Positions 29,822 to 39,575 of a stretch of 64,000 nt of DNA are shown piece by piece. The notes under the pieces were generated by a model. It was not told the origin of the DNA. It made no database searches and saw only the letters and a list, made by a program, of their open reading frames with translations. Source of the DNA: an uncultured Thermoplasmata archaeon (lineage in GTDB: Archaea; Thermoplasmatota; Thermoplasmata; Lutacidiplasmatales; UBA184). The stretch's first letter is position 1, and each line of letters starts with the position of its first letter. The translations under genes were made by a program, and so were the position numbers. The stretch lies in the NCBI GenBank assembly GCA_963719635.1, contig CAVRCS010000001.1, positions 288,756 through 352,755 on the forward strand, given 5' to 3'.

Positions 29822-30843
29822 ATGACCCTCGGGACGCCGCCCACCGACCTCCTGTCGATCTCCGACGTTGCCGACGAGCTGGACGCGCTCCTCGCCCGCG
29901 CCCTCGTCCTCAAGGAGGAGCGGCGCCGCGGGGCGGTGCGCGCCACGCTTCCCGGAAAGAACCTTGCCCTGCTCTTCGAGAAGGCGTCGACCCGGACCCG
30001 CACGTCATTCGACGTCGCGATCGGCGACCTCGGCGGCCGGGCGCTGTACCTCTCCTCGAGCGACCTCCAGCTCGGCCGGGGGAGACGATCGCCGACACGG
30101 CGCGCGTCCTCTCGCGGTACGTCGACGCGATCGCCTACCGCGCGTACCGTCACGAGAACGTCGTCGAGCTGGCGCGCCACGCCGAGGTACCCGTGATCAA
30201 CGCGCTGGACGACCTGGAGCACCCGAGCCAGGTCGTGGCGGACCTATTGACGATGCGCGAACGGTGGCCCGGCGGCTTCCGGGGCCGTCGACTGGCGTGG
30301 ATCGGGGACGGCAACAACGTCCTCCACTCGCTCCTGCTCGGCGCGGCAGCGGTCGGCCTCGACCTGACCGCCGCGGTCCCGGAGGCGTACCGTCCCCGCG
30401 CGGAGGTCGTCGACGCCGCCCGTCGTCTCGGCGAGCGCACGGGAGCGACGTTGCAGATCGTCGGCTCTCCCGCCCAGGCGGCACGGGGCGCCGACGCGCT
30501 CTACACCGACGTGTGGGTCTCCATGGGGGACGAGGCGACGCGGGCGGAGCGCGAGCGCGCCTTCCAGGGGTACCAGGTGAACGCGAAGCTGCTCGCGGCG
30601 GCCGCTCCGGGCGCCTTCGTCCTGCACGACCTGCCGGCGCACCGGGGACAGGAGGTCACGGACGACGTGCTCGACGGCGACCGTTCCGCGGTCTGGGACC
30701 AGGCCGAAAACCGGCTGCACGCCCAGAAGGCGATCTTGGAGTGGCTGCTCCTCCCGGCGGCCGCGCACGCGGCCCGTCCGACGTTCCACCACCGGCCGGT
30801 GAGTCGGAGCCGGCGGAAGCGGCGGACCGGACGGCCCCGCTAG
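29822..30843 (+). CDS. argF: Ornithine carbamoyltransferase (frame-shifted near 30080)
   Basis: FEKASTRTRTSF (STRTR), then HPSQVVADL, DGNNVLHS and the LHDLPAHRGQEV context in a second frame. The frames join (LQLGRG-ETIADTARVLSRY) across the G-run 30078-30082. Confidence 0.85.
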
Positions 30844-31292
30844 GCGCGCGGCTCCGGGTCCGCGCGCAGGCGCACCTTGAGCAGCTGCTCCAGCTTGCGG
30901 ACAAGGGCATCCGGCGGGTGGAAGCCGCCCGCCTCTACCTTCAGCACGACCGACTTCTTCTCGTTCAGCCGCTTGGCGAGCTCCTCGGGAGTCCACACGA
31001 GCGCCTCACGGGCCCTGCGGACCCGGGCTCCCCAGTCCGACGCCAGCTCCAGCTCGCCGATCTCCAGGTACAGGTCCCGCTCCTCGAGACGACGGGGGCG
31101 CGGTGCCGGGCGGAGCGACGGCGCCGCCACCCGGCGCGGCCGCCCGTCCTCCTCCGGCGCGGCAACCGGGGGCGGAGGCGGGTCGATCGGGCGCCCGAAC
31201 TTGGCGCACCCTGGGCACAGGTTCAGCACCGTCTGGTCGACCCGGATTCGGCTCGTCACGGCGACGTCGTTGCCACACATTTCACAGAGCAT
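30840..31292 (-). CDS. mbf1: Archaeal multiprotein-bridging factor 1 (zinc ribbon + HTH)
   Basis: N-terminal CEMCG...CPGC ribbon. The C-terminal HTH segment RVRRAREALVWTPEELAKRLNEKKSVVLKVEAG resembles the aMBF1 cro/C1-type HTH. Confidence 0.75.
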   Translation of the reverse strand: MLCEMCGNDVAVTSRIRVDQTVLNLCPGCAKFGRPIDPPPPPVAAPEEDGRPRRVAAPSLRPAPRPRRLEERDLYLEIGELELASDWGARVRRAREALVWTPEELAKRLNEKKSVVLKVEAGGFHPPDALVRKLEQLLKVRLRADPEPRA

Positions 31293-31300
31293 CGTTCACC

Positions 31301-31780
31301 TCACGAAGGGGTTCGGGAGCGCTTGCGTTGCTCCATCCGGCCCTTCCCCTCCGCGAACCGCCGTCGCTCCTCGTCGGAGCCGAGGACGAGCGGGGGGACC
31401 GTCACCGGCCGCCCGTCCGGGTCGACCGCGACCATCGTCACGTACGCCTGCGCGACGCGCCTCGAACCGCCGCGCGCGACCGGGCGCGCGTGGACCCCGA
31501 CGGCGACCTCCATCGACGTCCGCCCGACGAACGTGACCTCGGCGACCGCTTCGACGACCTCCCCGACGCGCACCGGTTCGAGAAAGTCGACCCGGTCGAA
31601 CGAGGCGGTCACGCAGGTGGCGCCCGCATGCCGGCACGCGGTGATGTACGCCACGCGGTCGACCTCGGAGAGGATCTCCCCGCCGAAGACGTTGCCGGAG
31701 AAGTTCGCATCGCTGGGCACCATCAGCCGGACGACCGACGCGCGGCTCGCGCCGACGGTTCCGCTCGGGGGTTCGGTCAC
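31301..31780 (-). CDS. Acyl-CoA thioesterase (hotdog fold)
   Basis: Trimmed to GTG 31780. The LMVPSDANFSGNVFGGEILSEVDRVAY motif is typical of YciA/Acot-type hotdog thioesterases. Confidence 0.7.
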   Translation of the reverse strand: MTEPPSGTVGASRASVVRLMVPSDANFSGNVFGGEILSEVDRVAYITACRHAGATCVTASFDRVDFLEPVRVGEVVEAVAEVTFVGRTSMEVAVGVHARPVARGGSRRVAQAYVTMVAVDPDGRPVTVPPLVLGSDEERRRFAEGKGRMEQRKRSRTPS

Positions 31781-31984
31781 GCGGAGCGCCTCGCAGAAGC
31801 TCGGCTCCGGACCGCCGTCGCCGCTTAAGCCGTTGCGCACCCCGGAGCGCGGGGACGCCCCGGGCGACCCGGTTCCCGACGCACGGTCCCGCTGCCGGCG
31901 GCCGGCCGCCGCCGCTCTCTCGGTCGAAAGTTCAACAAGACTCAAATAGGGGAGCCTTTTGGCCGCGCCCGGAGAGTCCAGCGG

Positions 31985-33261
31985 ATGGCGCAGAAGCCCC
32001 ACCTCAACATCGTCTTCATCGGCCACGTCGACCACGGTAAGTCCACGACGGTCGGCCGGCTTCTCCTCGACACCGGGGTCATCCGGCAGGAGGAGATCGA
32101 CAAGTTCCGGCTCGAGGCCGAGGCGAAGGGCAAGGCGACGTTCGAGTTCGCCTGGGTGATGGACGAGCTCAAGGAGGAGCGGGAGCGCGGGGTCACGATC
32201 GACATCGCGCACCGGCGCTTTGACACGCAAAAGTACTACTTCACCATCATCGACGCGCCGGGCCACCGCAACTTCGTCAAGAACATGATCACGGGGACGA
32301 GCCAGGCCGACGCGGCCGTGATCGTCTGCTCCGCTGCCGAGGGGATCCAGGAGCAGACCCGCGAGCACATCTTCCTCGCCCGGACGCTGGGCGTCGCGCA
32401 GCTGATCTGCGCGGTCAACAAGATGGACCGGCAGGAGGTCGCCTACGCCGAGAAGCGCTACGAGGAGATCAAGGAGGAGCTGACGAAGCTCCTAAAGAAC
32501 GTCGGCTACAAGGTCGACACGCAGGTGACGTTCGTCCCGATCTCGGCGTTCAAGGACGACAACATCAACAAGGCGAGCCCGAACATGACGTGGTTCAAGG
32601 GCCCGACCCTGCTGGCGGCGCTGGACGCGCTCAAGGTCCCCGAGAAGCCGACCGGTAAGCCGCTCCGCCTGCCGGTTCAGGACGTCTACACGATCACGGG
32701 CATCGGGACCGTCCCGGTCGGCCGCGTCGAGACGGGGAAGGTCAAGATCGGCGACAAGATCACGTTCATGCCGAGCGGCAAGACCGGTGACGTGAAGACG
32801 ATCGAGATGCACCACGAGGCCGTCGAGGAGGCGACCCCGGGCGACAACATCGGCTTCAACGTCCGCGGCATCGACAAGAACGACATCCGGCGCGGCGATG
32901 TCGCCGGCCGGCGTCGGACCCGCCAACGGTCGTCGAGAGCTTCATCGCGAACGTCCAGGTGCTCAACCACCCGAGCGTGATCACGGTCGGCTACACGCCC
33001 GTCTTCCACTGCCACACGGCGCAGGTCGCCTGCGAGTTCACCGAGCTGCAGAAGCGGCTCGACCCGAAGACCGGCCAGGTCGCGGAGGAGAACCCCCAGA
33101 CGCTCAAGACGGGGGACGCGGCGGTCGTGAAGATCACGCCACGCCGGCCGCTCGTGCTGGAGAAGTACAAGGAGTTCCCGCAGCTGGGCCGCTTCGCCGT
33201 CCGCGACATGGGCCAGACCGTCGCGGCCGGGGTCGTCGTCGACGTCAAGAAGCGCGCGTAG
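31985..33261 (+). CDS. tuf: Translation elongation factor EF-1alpha (frame-shifted at about 32909)
   Basis: [17 protein letters not shown] and NKMD G-motifs in ORF 31985..32980. Domain III ([25 protein letters not shown]...) is in ORF 32959..33261. The join DVAG[17 protein letters not shown] needs one base at 32909-32910. Confidence 0.95.
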
Positions 33262-33305
33262 CGTTCCCACGGGACCGACGTTTCGACCGGGGGGAGGGGC
33301 TTTCG

Positions 33306-33617
33306 ATGACGCAGAAGGCCCGGATCTCCCTCAGCGGGACCGACGCGCGGAAGGTCGACTCGATCTGCAAGCAGATCCGGGAGATCTCCCAGAAGACCGG
33401 CGTCGCCATCGCCGGACCGATCCCGCTCCCGACGAAGAAGCTCAAGGTCCCCGTCCGCAAGGGTCCGGACGGCGGCGGCACCAGCACGATCGACCACTGG
33501 GAGATGCGGATCCACAAGCGCCTCATCGACCTGGACGCCGACGAGCGGGCGCTGCGCCAGGTGATGCGGATCCAGGTGCCGGACGGCGTCAACATCGAGA
33601 TCGTCCTGACGGGCTAG
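33306..33617 (+). CDS. rps10: 30S ribosomal protein S10
   Basis: ATG 33306. [20 protein letters not shown]...[10 protein letters not shown]...[13 protein letters not shown] is the S10 signature. It follows tuf as usual. Confidence 0.95.
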   Translation: MTQKARISLSGTDARKVDSICKQIREISQKTGVAIAGPIPLPTKKLKVPVRKGPDGGGTSTIDHWEMRIHKRLIDLDADERALRQVMRIQVPDGVNIEIVLTG

Positions 33618-33620
33618 TCC

Positions 33621-34247
33621 GTGCTCGCCCCGGGGGCGCCCCGGCGCATCGTCCCGGTCGTCGCGCTGCTTATCGTCGCGGCCGCCGCCGTGCCGTTCGC
33701 GGGCCCGCGGTTCCTCTGGCCCGCGGTGGCGGCGACGGCCGTGCTGGTGGCGGTGACCGTCTTCCTGCTCGTCTTCTTCCGGGACCCGGAGCGGACCCCG
33801 GGCGCCGGCGTCGTCTCCGCGGCCGACGGGAGGGTCCGTGCCGTTGAGCTTGCCGACGGCCGCTGGACGATCTCGGTCTTCCTCGGCGTGACCGACGTGC
33901 ACGTCAACCGGCTTCCGCTGGATGCGACCGTCGACGAGGTGGGAGACGCCGGAACGGGCCACCGCCCGGCGTATCGGCCGGACGCGGGGGCGAACCAGCG
34001 GCGCGCGTACCGGCTCTCCACCGCGATCGGTCCGGTCGAGGTCGTCCAGATCACCGGGATCGCGGCCCGTCGGCTCGTCTCGTTCGTCCGGCCTGGCGCT
34101 ACCGGAAAGAAGGGAGAGCGGTTCGGGATGATCGTCCTGGGCTCGCGCGTGGACGTCCACCTGCCGGCGGACCGGGTCGAACCGACGGTGAAGGTCGGCG
34201 ATCGCGTCCGGGGCGGCGCCTCGACGATCGCCCGGGTGCGGCCGTGA
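33621..34247 (+). CDS. Phosphatidylserine (archaetidylserine) decarboxylase-like proenzyme
   Basis: N-terminal TM helices, then VFLGVTDVHVNRLP, GERFGMIVLGSRVDV (a GS self-cleavage-type motif) and the C-terminal GASTIARV. Confidence 0.65.
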   Translation: MLAPGAPRRIVPVVALLIVAAAAVPFAGPRFLWPAVAATAVLVAVTVFLLVFFRDPERTPGAGVVSAADGRVRAVELADGRWTISVFLGVTDVHVNRLPLDATVDEVGDAGTGHRPAYRPDAGANQRRAYRLSTAIGPVEVVQITGIAARRLVSFVRPGATGKKGERFGMIVLGSRVDVHLPADRVEPTVKVGDRVRGGASTIARVRP

Positions 34248-34999
34248 CGGACCGCTGGAGGGTCGCCGCCAACCTCGCCACGCTTTCGAACGCGCTCCTC
34301 GGGGTCGGCGCGATCGCCTACACGCTCGCCGGGAACAAGGTCTGGGCGATGCTCCTGATCGTGATGGCGATCGGGTTCGACGGCTTGGACGGGATGCTCT
34401 CCCGACGGAGCCGGGGGCCGTCCGCCCGGTTCGGGGCGGTCGCCAACTCGGTCGCGGACGCGATATCGTTCGGTGTCGCTCCGGCGGTCCTGCTCGCCGT
34501 CCACACCACCAACGTCTCCGCCTGGAGCGGTTGGGAGCTTGCGCTCACCGTGGTGGCGGGGCTCTACCTCGCCGCGGCGATCGCGCGGCTGACGTACTTC
34601 ACCGCCCGGCTCCACGACCTTCCCCACTTCCGAGGGGTGCCGACCCCGGAGAGCGCCCTCGCCGTGGTGATGCTGCTGCTCTTCCACGACATCCCCGGCT
34701 ACGCCGGCATCGCGCCGCTCGGGGTCGTCATCGGCGGCGTCCTCCTCGCCGCGATGATGGTCGCCCCGGTCCCGTACCCGAAGATCCGACGCGGCGCCCC
34801 CCTGCGGACCCCGGCCGCCGCGACCGCCGCGTTCGCCGCCCTCGCCCTGCTCCCGCTGCAGTTCCGGCCGGCGAGCGGAAGCGTCCTCGCCGTCGCGGCC
34901 GAGTGCGGCGCCTACGGGCTGCTGGCGGGAGTCGCGGTGTACTACCTGGTCGGTCCGTTCACCGTGGAGCGCGCCCCGCCTGCCGCGGCGGCCCCGTGA
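34244..34999 (+). CDS. pssA: CDP-alcohol phosphatidyltransferase (archaetidylserine-synthase-like)
   Basis: GTG 34244 overlaps the psd stop. The motif is DGLDGMLSR-x9-GAVANSVADAISFGVAP. The third acidic position of D-x2-DG-x2-AR...G-x3-D-x3-D reads Asn here. It is a multi-TM protein. Confidence 0.7.
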   Translation: MTDRWRVAANLATLSNALLGVGAIAYTLAGNKVWAMLLIVMAIGFDGLDGMLSRRSRGPSARFGAVANSVADAISFGVAPAVLLAVHTTNVSAWSGWELALTVVAGLYLAAAIARLTYFTARLHDLPHFRGVPTPESALAVVMLLLFHDIPGYAGIAPLGVVIGGVLLAAMMVAPVPYPKIRRGAPLRTPAAATAAFAALALLPLQFRPASGSVLAVAAECGAYGLLAGVAVYYLVGPFTVERAPPAAAAP

Positions 35000-35532
35000 C
35001 CGGCAAGCCCGCGCGCCACCGCCATGCGGCGCTCTCCCGGCGGGAGGCGCTGTTGTTCGAGGCCGGCATCAAGCTGGGAGGGATCTTCCACCAGTACCTC
35101 GGCATCCCGGTGACCCCGCGGACCGCCGGGGACCTCGCCCGGACCGTCGAGCGGGCGGTCCGCCTGCAGCCGTTCGTGCTCTCCGTTCGCGTGCGCATCG
35201 ACCCGACGCGCGGAGGACCCGTCGGGCGCGGCCGCTTCGCCTATCGGTACCTCACCGCCGAGATGCTGGACGTCACCGTCGAGCTGCGGCACGGACGCGC
35301 GCGGGTGCGGGCCCGGCTCGCCCAGCGACCCGAGCTCCGCTACCCGCTCATGTGGGTCGAGCAGGCGGGCGCCGAGACGGCTCGGGCTACGCCCGCTGGT
35401 CGATCGGGGTCCAGGCGAGGTCGGTCGGACCGACGTACTGGGAGCGGGGACGGATCAGCCTCAGGTCGTCGTACTCCTCGAGGACATGCGCGGTCCAGCC
35501 GACGACGCGGCTCGCCGCGAAGACCGGCGTGA
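34996..35532 (+). CDS. mptD: Archaeal dihydroneopterin-aldolase-like protein (MptD family), extended 3' end
   Basis: GTG 34996 overlaps the pssA stop. EALLFEAGIKLGGIFHQYLGIPV and the later YPLMWVE match my recollection of the MptD family. The first in-frame stop is only at 35530-35532, 146 nt inside the convergent citrate synthase gene. Confidence 0.5.
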   Translation: MTGKPARHRHAALSRREALLFEAGIKLGGIFHQYLGIPVTPRTAGDLARTVERAVRLQPFVLSVRVRIDPTRGGPVGRGRFAYRYLTAEMLDVTVELRHGRARVRARLAQRPELRYPLMWVEQAGAETARATPAGRSGSRRGRSDRRTGSGDGSASGRRTPRGHARSSRRRGSPRRPA

Positions 35533-36517
35533 ACAGATCCCGCGGGATCCCGAGCAGCGCGTACACCGACCCCGAGTACAGGTCGATGTTGGGGTACAGC
35601 CCCTTCTCGCGGTGGACGACCTCGACGACCTGCTGGAGGAGCTGGTAGTAGCGAAGGTTCCCCTTCGACTCGCCGAGCTTGCGCGACCACTCGCGCAGGA
35701 TCGTCGCCCGCGGGTCCTCGACCTTGTAGACCCGGTGGCCGAACCCCATGATCCGTTCGTGCTTCGCGAGCTTCCCGCGGACGACCTCGTCGACCCGGGC
35801 GACCGTGTTGATCTCGTCGAGCAGGTCGAGGACCCGCTCGTTGGCGCCGCCGTGCAGCGGTCCCTTGAGCGCGCCGACGGCGCTCGTCACCGCGCTGTAC
35901 AGGTCGCTCAGGGTCGAGGCGGTGACCCGGGCGGCGAACGTCGACGCGTTCAGGTCGTGGTCGGCGTGCAGGATCAGCGCGACGTCCAGCGCCCGCGCTT
36001 CCAGCTCGCTCGGGACGCGGTCGAGCAGGGCGTAGCCGAGGTAGGCGGCGTGCGAGAGCTCCGGTCGGGGCTCAACCGGCGGCAGGTGGGCCCTGCGTCG
36101 ATGGAACGCGCCGATGATCGTCGGAAGCGCGGCGGTGAGCCGCTGGGCCCCGCCGATCGAGCTCGCCCCGGGGGCCGTCTCGCCCGGTTCGAAGACCGCG
36201 AGCGCGCTGACCGCGGTGCGCAGGATGTCCATCGGGGACGCCGTGGCGGGCAGCGCATCGAGCAGCTGGAGCAGCGGCGGCGGGACCGTCCGCAGCGACT
36301 CGAGCCGCCGGCGCAGCTCCCCCAGCTGGGCGACGGTCGGCAGGCGGCCGTACCACAGCAGGTAGGCGACCTCCTCGAACGTCGCGTGGGCCGCGAGTCC
36401 ACGGATGTCGTAGCCCCGGTAGATGAGCCGGCCTTCCTTCCCGTCGATGAAACAGATCTGGGACTCGAGGGCGACGACATCCTCGAGCCCCCGCTGGACT
36501 TCCCCGGCTGCCGCCAT
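35387..36517 (-). CDS. gltA: Citrate synthase
   Basis: Motifs are LILHADHDLNASTF, GPLHGGANE and MGFGHRVYKVEDPR. Confidence 0.9.
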   Translation of the reverse strand: MAAAGEVQRGLEDVVALESQICFIDGKEGRLIYRGYDIRGLAAHATFEEVAYLLWYGRLPTVAQLGELRRRLESLRTVPPPLLQLLDALPATASPMDILRTAVSALAVFEPGETAPGASSIGGAQRLTAALPTIIGAFHRRRAHLPPVEPRPELSHAAYLGYALLDRVPSELEARALDVALILHADHDLNASTFAARVTASTLSDLYSAVTSAVGALKGPLHGGANERVLDLLDEINTVARVDEVVRGKLAKHERIMGFGHRVYKVEDPRATILREWSRKLGESKGNLRYYQLLQQVVEVVHREKGLYPNIDLYSGSVYALLGIPRDLFTPVFAASRVVGWTAHVLEEYDDLRLIRPRSQYVGPTDLAWTPIDQRA

Positions 36518-36550
36518 CGGTGGTTCCCGGCGCGGCCAGCCAACGGCCGC

Positions 36551-37927
36551 CTAATGGGGTTTTGCCGTGCCGGCGGGCAGGCCGCTCCCGGTCGCCGCCT
36601 CGGAGGCCCGCCGGCGACGGTAGGCGACCGTCGCCGCCGTCCAGAGCGGCACCGAGGCGAGCAGGATCCCCGCGGCGACGAGGAAGACGAGCCGGAACGA
36701 CCCGACCAGGGCGAGCAGCCCGGAAAGGCCCGCCCCCGCGACGGCGGCCGCCCCGCCGAGTGCGCTGTTGAGGCCCAGCAGCCGCCCGGGGTCGCGGCGG
36801 CCGAGCCCCCGGAACAGCATGAGGCTGCTCGCCGTCGTGTAGACGGCGATCGCGCCCCCGAGAAGGGCGTAGACGACCGCGTTCGCCGCGACCGCCTGGC
36901 GCTGAGTGAAGACGAGGAAGGCGAACCCGGCCGTGGCGAGGTAGCCGAGGCTGCGGAGATACGTCGCCCGGCCCACGAGCGCGTCGGCCCCGAGCCGGTT
37001 CGCGAGCCCTCCGGTCGTCGGGAAGACCAGGGTCTGGGCGAAGTTGTTCGCGAAGTTCACCAGGAAGATCAACGACGTCGCGAGCCCGGCGGCGTACAGG
37101 TACGGCGTGTAGGAGATGTTGAACAGGTTCGCGGAGAGGTTGAACAGGAACGTGGCGACGAGGACGAGCGGCAGCTCGTGGTGGAGCTCCTCGGCCGCCC
37201 AACCGCGCAGGCGGGCGAGCGGGCGTGGGCGCCACGTCGGCCGACGCGGGAAGAACGGCACCGGCATCCGCAACCCGATGTACGGCCGCAGCCGCGAGAA
37301 CCGGCTCGCCGGATGCTCGGCGACGTGCGCGGTCGTGAGGCGCCGGCTCGCCTCCGAGATGCAGAGCCAGAGGGCGAGGGCGCTCACCGCGGCGAGTGCC
37401 GCGAGGACGTAGAGGAGGCTCCGCAGGGCGTCGTTCGATGCCGTCCAGAAGTAGCCGATGAGCAGGCCGGCGATCGACCCGATCATCGACATCTCCTGGA
37501 ACGAGGCGAACGCTGTGGCGCGCTCCCCCTCGCCGAACTTCTCGAGGATCAGCAGGTTGGAGGCGCTGACGCCGGCGGGCGAGACGACCCCGAGCACCGC
37601 ATAGATCCCGTACAGCGCGTAGACCGAGCGGACGCCGGCGAGGACCGCGTACAGGGCGGCGTAGCCGGCATAGCTGATGACGAGGAACAGCCGCCGGTAC
37701 GGGAACGCGTCGGAGAGGTGGCCCCAGAGGACCGAGGAGAGGATCACCGCCGAATTGAACAGGGTGGCGGCGACCGCGACCTGCGCCCACGTTCCGTGCA
37801 GCGGGATGAGGATCAGCAGCGGAAGGACGACCCCGAAGCCGGCGGTCGCCGCGTTGATCGGGGCGAAGGCGAGGAGCCACGGCCGCGCGACGAGCCGGCC
37901 GGACCAGGTACGGAGCCCCTCTGCCAT
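36551..37927 (-). CDS. MFS transporter
   Basis: 458-aa ORF with a 12-14 TM profile. A TAATTAAT element lies about 33 nt upstream of ATG 37927. Confidence 0.75.
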   Translation of the reverse strand: MAEGLRTWSGRLVARPWLLAFAPINAATAGFGVVLPLLILIPLHGTWAQVAVAATLFNSAVILSSVLWGHLSDAFPYRRLFLVISYAGYAALYAVLAGVRSVYALYGIYAVLGVVSPAGVSASNLLILEKFGEGERATAFASFQEMSMIGSIAGLLIGYFWTASNDALRSLLYVLAALAAVSALALWLCISEASRRLTTAHVAEHPASRFSRLRPYIGLRMPVPFFPRRPTWRPRPLARLRGWAAEELHHELPLVLVATFLFNLSANLFNISYTPYLYAAGLATSLIFLVNFANNFAQTLVFPTTGGLANRLGADALVGRATYLRSLGYLATAGFAFLVFTQRQAVAANAVVYALLGGAIAVYTTASSLMLFRGLGRRDPGRLLGLNSALGGAAAVAGAGLSGLLALVGSFRLVFLVAAGILLASVPLWTAATVAYRRRRASEAATGSGLPAGTAKPH

Positions 37928-38081
37928 CGACGACGTCGGGGCGAGCCGTGGTGCGTGGTAATTAATCCGGGCGCGGACGCGCGGCCCGACCGGCCTCCCG
38001 TTGCCCTCGGCGGAGCACGCTTCTCGACACGCTTATTAACTGACCTACTTCTCGCGCCCCGGTCTTAGGGGTGCGACGCGC

Positions 38082-38315
38082 TTGGCGATCGGTTTCGTCC
38101 TCATCAGCACCGCTCCGGCCAAAGAGCACGAGGTCTACACGGAGTTGCTGCGGGTGAAAGGGATCGTGGAGCTCCACCCGCTGTTCGGAGAGTACGACCT
38201 CATCGCGAAGGTCGAGGCGGAAGACTTCAATGCCCTCGGCCAGTTGGTCGTCGACAAGATCCGCTCCGTCGCGGGCGTCATCGACACCAAGACCCTGACA
38301 GGCATCAAGTTCTGA
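38082..38315 (+). CDS. Stand-alone Lrp/AsnC-type RAM (ligand-binding) domain protein
   Basis: The 77-aa sequence AFVLISTAPAKEHEVYTELLRVKGIVELHPLFGEYDLIAKVEA...VIDTKTL is the AsnC_trans_reg fold without an HTH. TTG start. Confidence 0.75.
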   Translation: MAIGFVLISTAPAKEHEVYTELLRVKGIVELHPLFGEYDLIAKVEAEDFNALGQLVVDKIRSVAGVIDTKTLTGIKF

Positions 38316-38324
38316 GGGAAGGAA

Positions 38325-38663
38325 ATGTTGGTCGATCTGGCAAAGTTTGGCAGTGCCGTGAGCGTCGGCGGCTGGCAGTTCCTGGAGATCTTCCTGCTTG
38401 TGTTCTCGCTGTTCATGATCCTCGCCGGGATCTTCACCGCTTACTTCGGTAGCGGGAAGAGCCGGACCGTCGGCGTCGGGCTGCTCGCCGCCGGCATCGT
38501 CATCGGGCTGCTCTCGGGATACGCCTACCACGCCGGATGGTTCGGGGGCCACAAGGGGGCGCTCGGCAGCCTCGTCTGGGAGTCGTTCCTGGTGATCGTC
38601 GCGGCGCTCATCGGCGCACTGGTCGCGGTCGGGATATTCCTGGTCGCGATCATGAAGTCGTAG
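38325..38663 (+). CDS. Small membrane protein (3 TM), unknown function
   Basis: ATG 38325 is preceded by a purine-rich GAGGGAAGGAA. It has three hydrophobic helices. Confidence 0.5.
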   Translation: MLVDLAKFGSAVSVGGWQFLEIFLLVFSLFMILAGIFTAYFGSGKSRTVGVGLLAAGIVIGLLSGYAYHAGWFGGHKGALGSLVWESFLVIVAALIGALVAVGIFLVAIMKS

Positions 38664-38721
38664 GCGCCCGCCGCCACGCCCCGTGGCACGCCGTCCTCTG
38701 CGCCCGTCCTATCCGCGCGTC

Positions 38722-39540
38722 GTGACCCTGTCGACGGACATGGGCTCGGCGTACGCCGCGCAGATGAAGGCGGTCCTCGCGCAGAGCCTGCCTCCGGCGT
38801 CGATCGTTGACCTGACGCACGACCTGAGGCCTCACGATCTTTCCGAGGCAGCGTTCGTCCTTCGGGAGGTCGTGCGCCGCTACCCGTCCGGGGCGGTGCA
38901 TCTCGTCGTCGTCGACCCCGGCGTGGGGGGGCGCCGTCGCCCGATCGTCCTCGCTTGCCGGGATGGGACGACGCTCGTCGGCCCGGACAACGGGCTGCTC
39001 ACGGCGCTCGCGGAGACGCGCGGCCGCGCGCGCGCGTACGCCCTCGCGACGGCTCGGCTCCGGGCGGGGGCGAGGGTCGGCACGACGTTCGACGGCCGGG
39101 ACCTGTTCGCCCCGGCGGCGGCCCGCCTCGCCCTGGGGGCTTCGGCCCGGGAGTTGGGCGCCCCGACGGTCCCGCGTTCCCTCCCGCGAGTCGCCGCCCG
39201 TCGGTCCACGAGGGGGGCGGCGGGGAGGGTGGTCCACACCGACCGGTTCGGCAACCTTATCACGAACGTCCCGAGCGCCTGGCCCCCCGCCGGGGTCCGG
39301 ACCGTCATCGTCCGGATCGGGGGCCGCGCGCAGACGCTTCGGCTCGTCCGCGCCTACGAAGAGGGCAACGTGGGCACGTCGGTACTTCTCCGTTCCAGCT
39401 TCGGCACGTTGGAGCTGGCGGTCCGGCAGGGGCGAGCCACCGACCGCCTTGGCGTCGGGGTCGGTGCGGCCGTGCGCTTTACCTGGGCTCCGGCACCGGA
39501 CAGCCCGTCTCGCCGAAAACGTAAGAAGCGACCCCTCTAG
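38722..39540 (+). CDS. SAM hydroxide adenosyltransferase family protein (DUF62, chlorinase/fluorinase-like)
   Basis: VTLSTDMGSAYAAQMKAVL, VVVDPGVG, VGPDNGLL, GRDLFAPAAA and DRFGNLITNV motifs. ORF 38683.. trimmed to GTG 38722. Confidence 0.75.
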   Translation: MTLSTDMGSAYAAQMKAVLAQSLPPASIVDLTHDLRPHDLSEAAFVLREVVRRYPSGAVHLVVVDPGVGGRRRPIVLACRDGTTLVGPDNGLLTALAETRGRARAYALATARLRAGARVGTTFDGRDLFAPAAARLALGASARELGAPTVPRSLPRVAARRSTRGAAGRVVHTDRFGNLITNVPSAWPPAGVRTVIVRIGGRAQTLRLVRAYEEGNVGTSVLLRSSFGTLELAVRQGRATDRLGVGVGAAVRFTWAPAPDSPSRRKRKKRPL

Positions 39541-39575
39541 CGTAGAGCCGGACCGGCCCCCGGTCGTTTCGTTCG

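Noticed and set aside
31985-33261. Interpreting the split tuf, rpoD, uvrA and similar genes as genuine pseudogenes or as programmed frameshifts.
   Set aside because: Essential single-copy genes are affected. The breaks sit in short homopolymer runs, and both halves keep perfect motif conservation and codon bias. No slippery heptamer or stimulatory structure pattern is shared among the sites. Sequencing or assembly indels are the simpler explanation.
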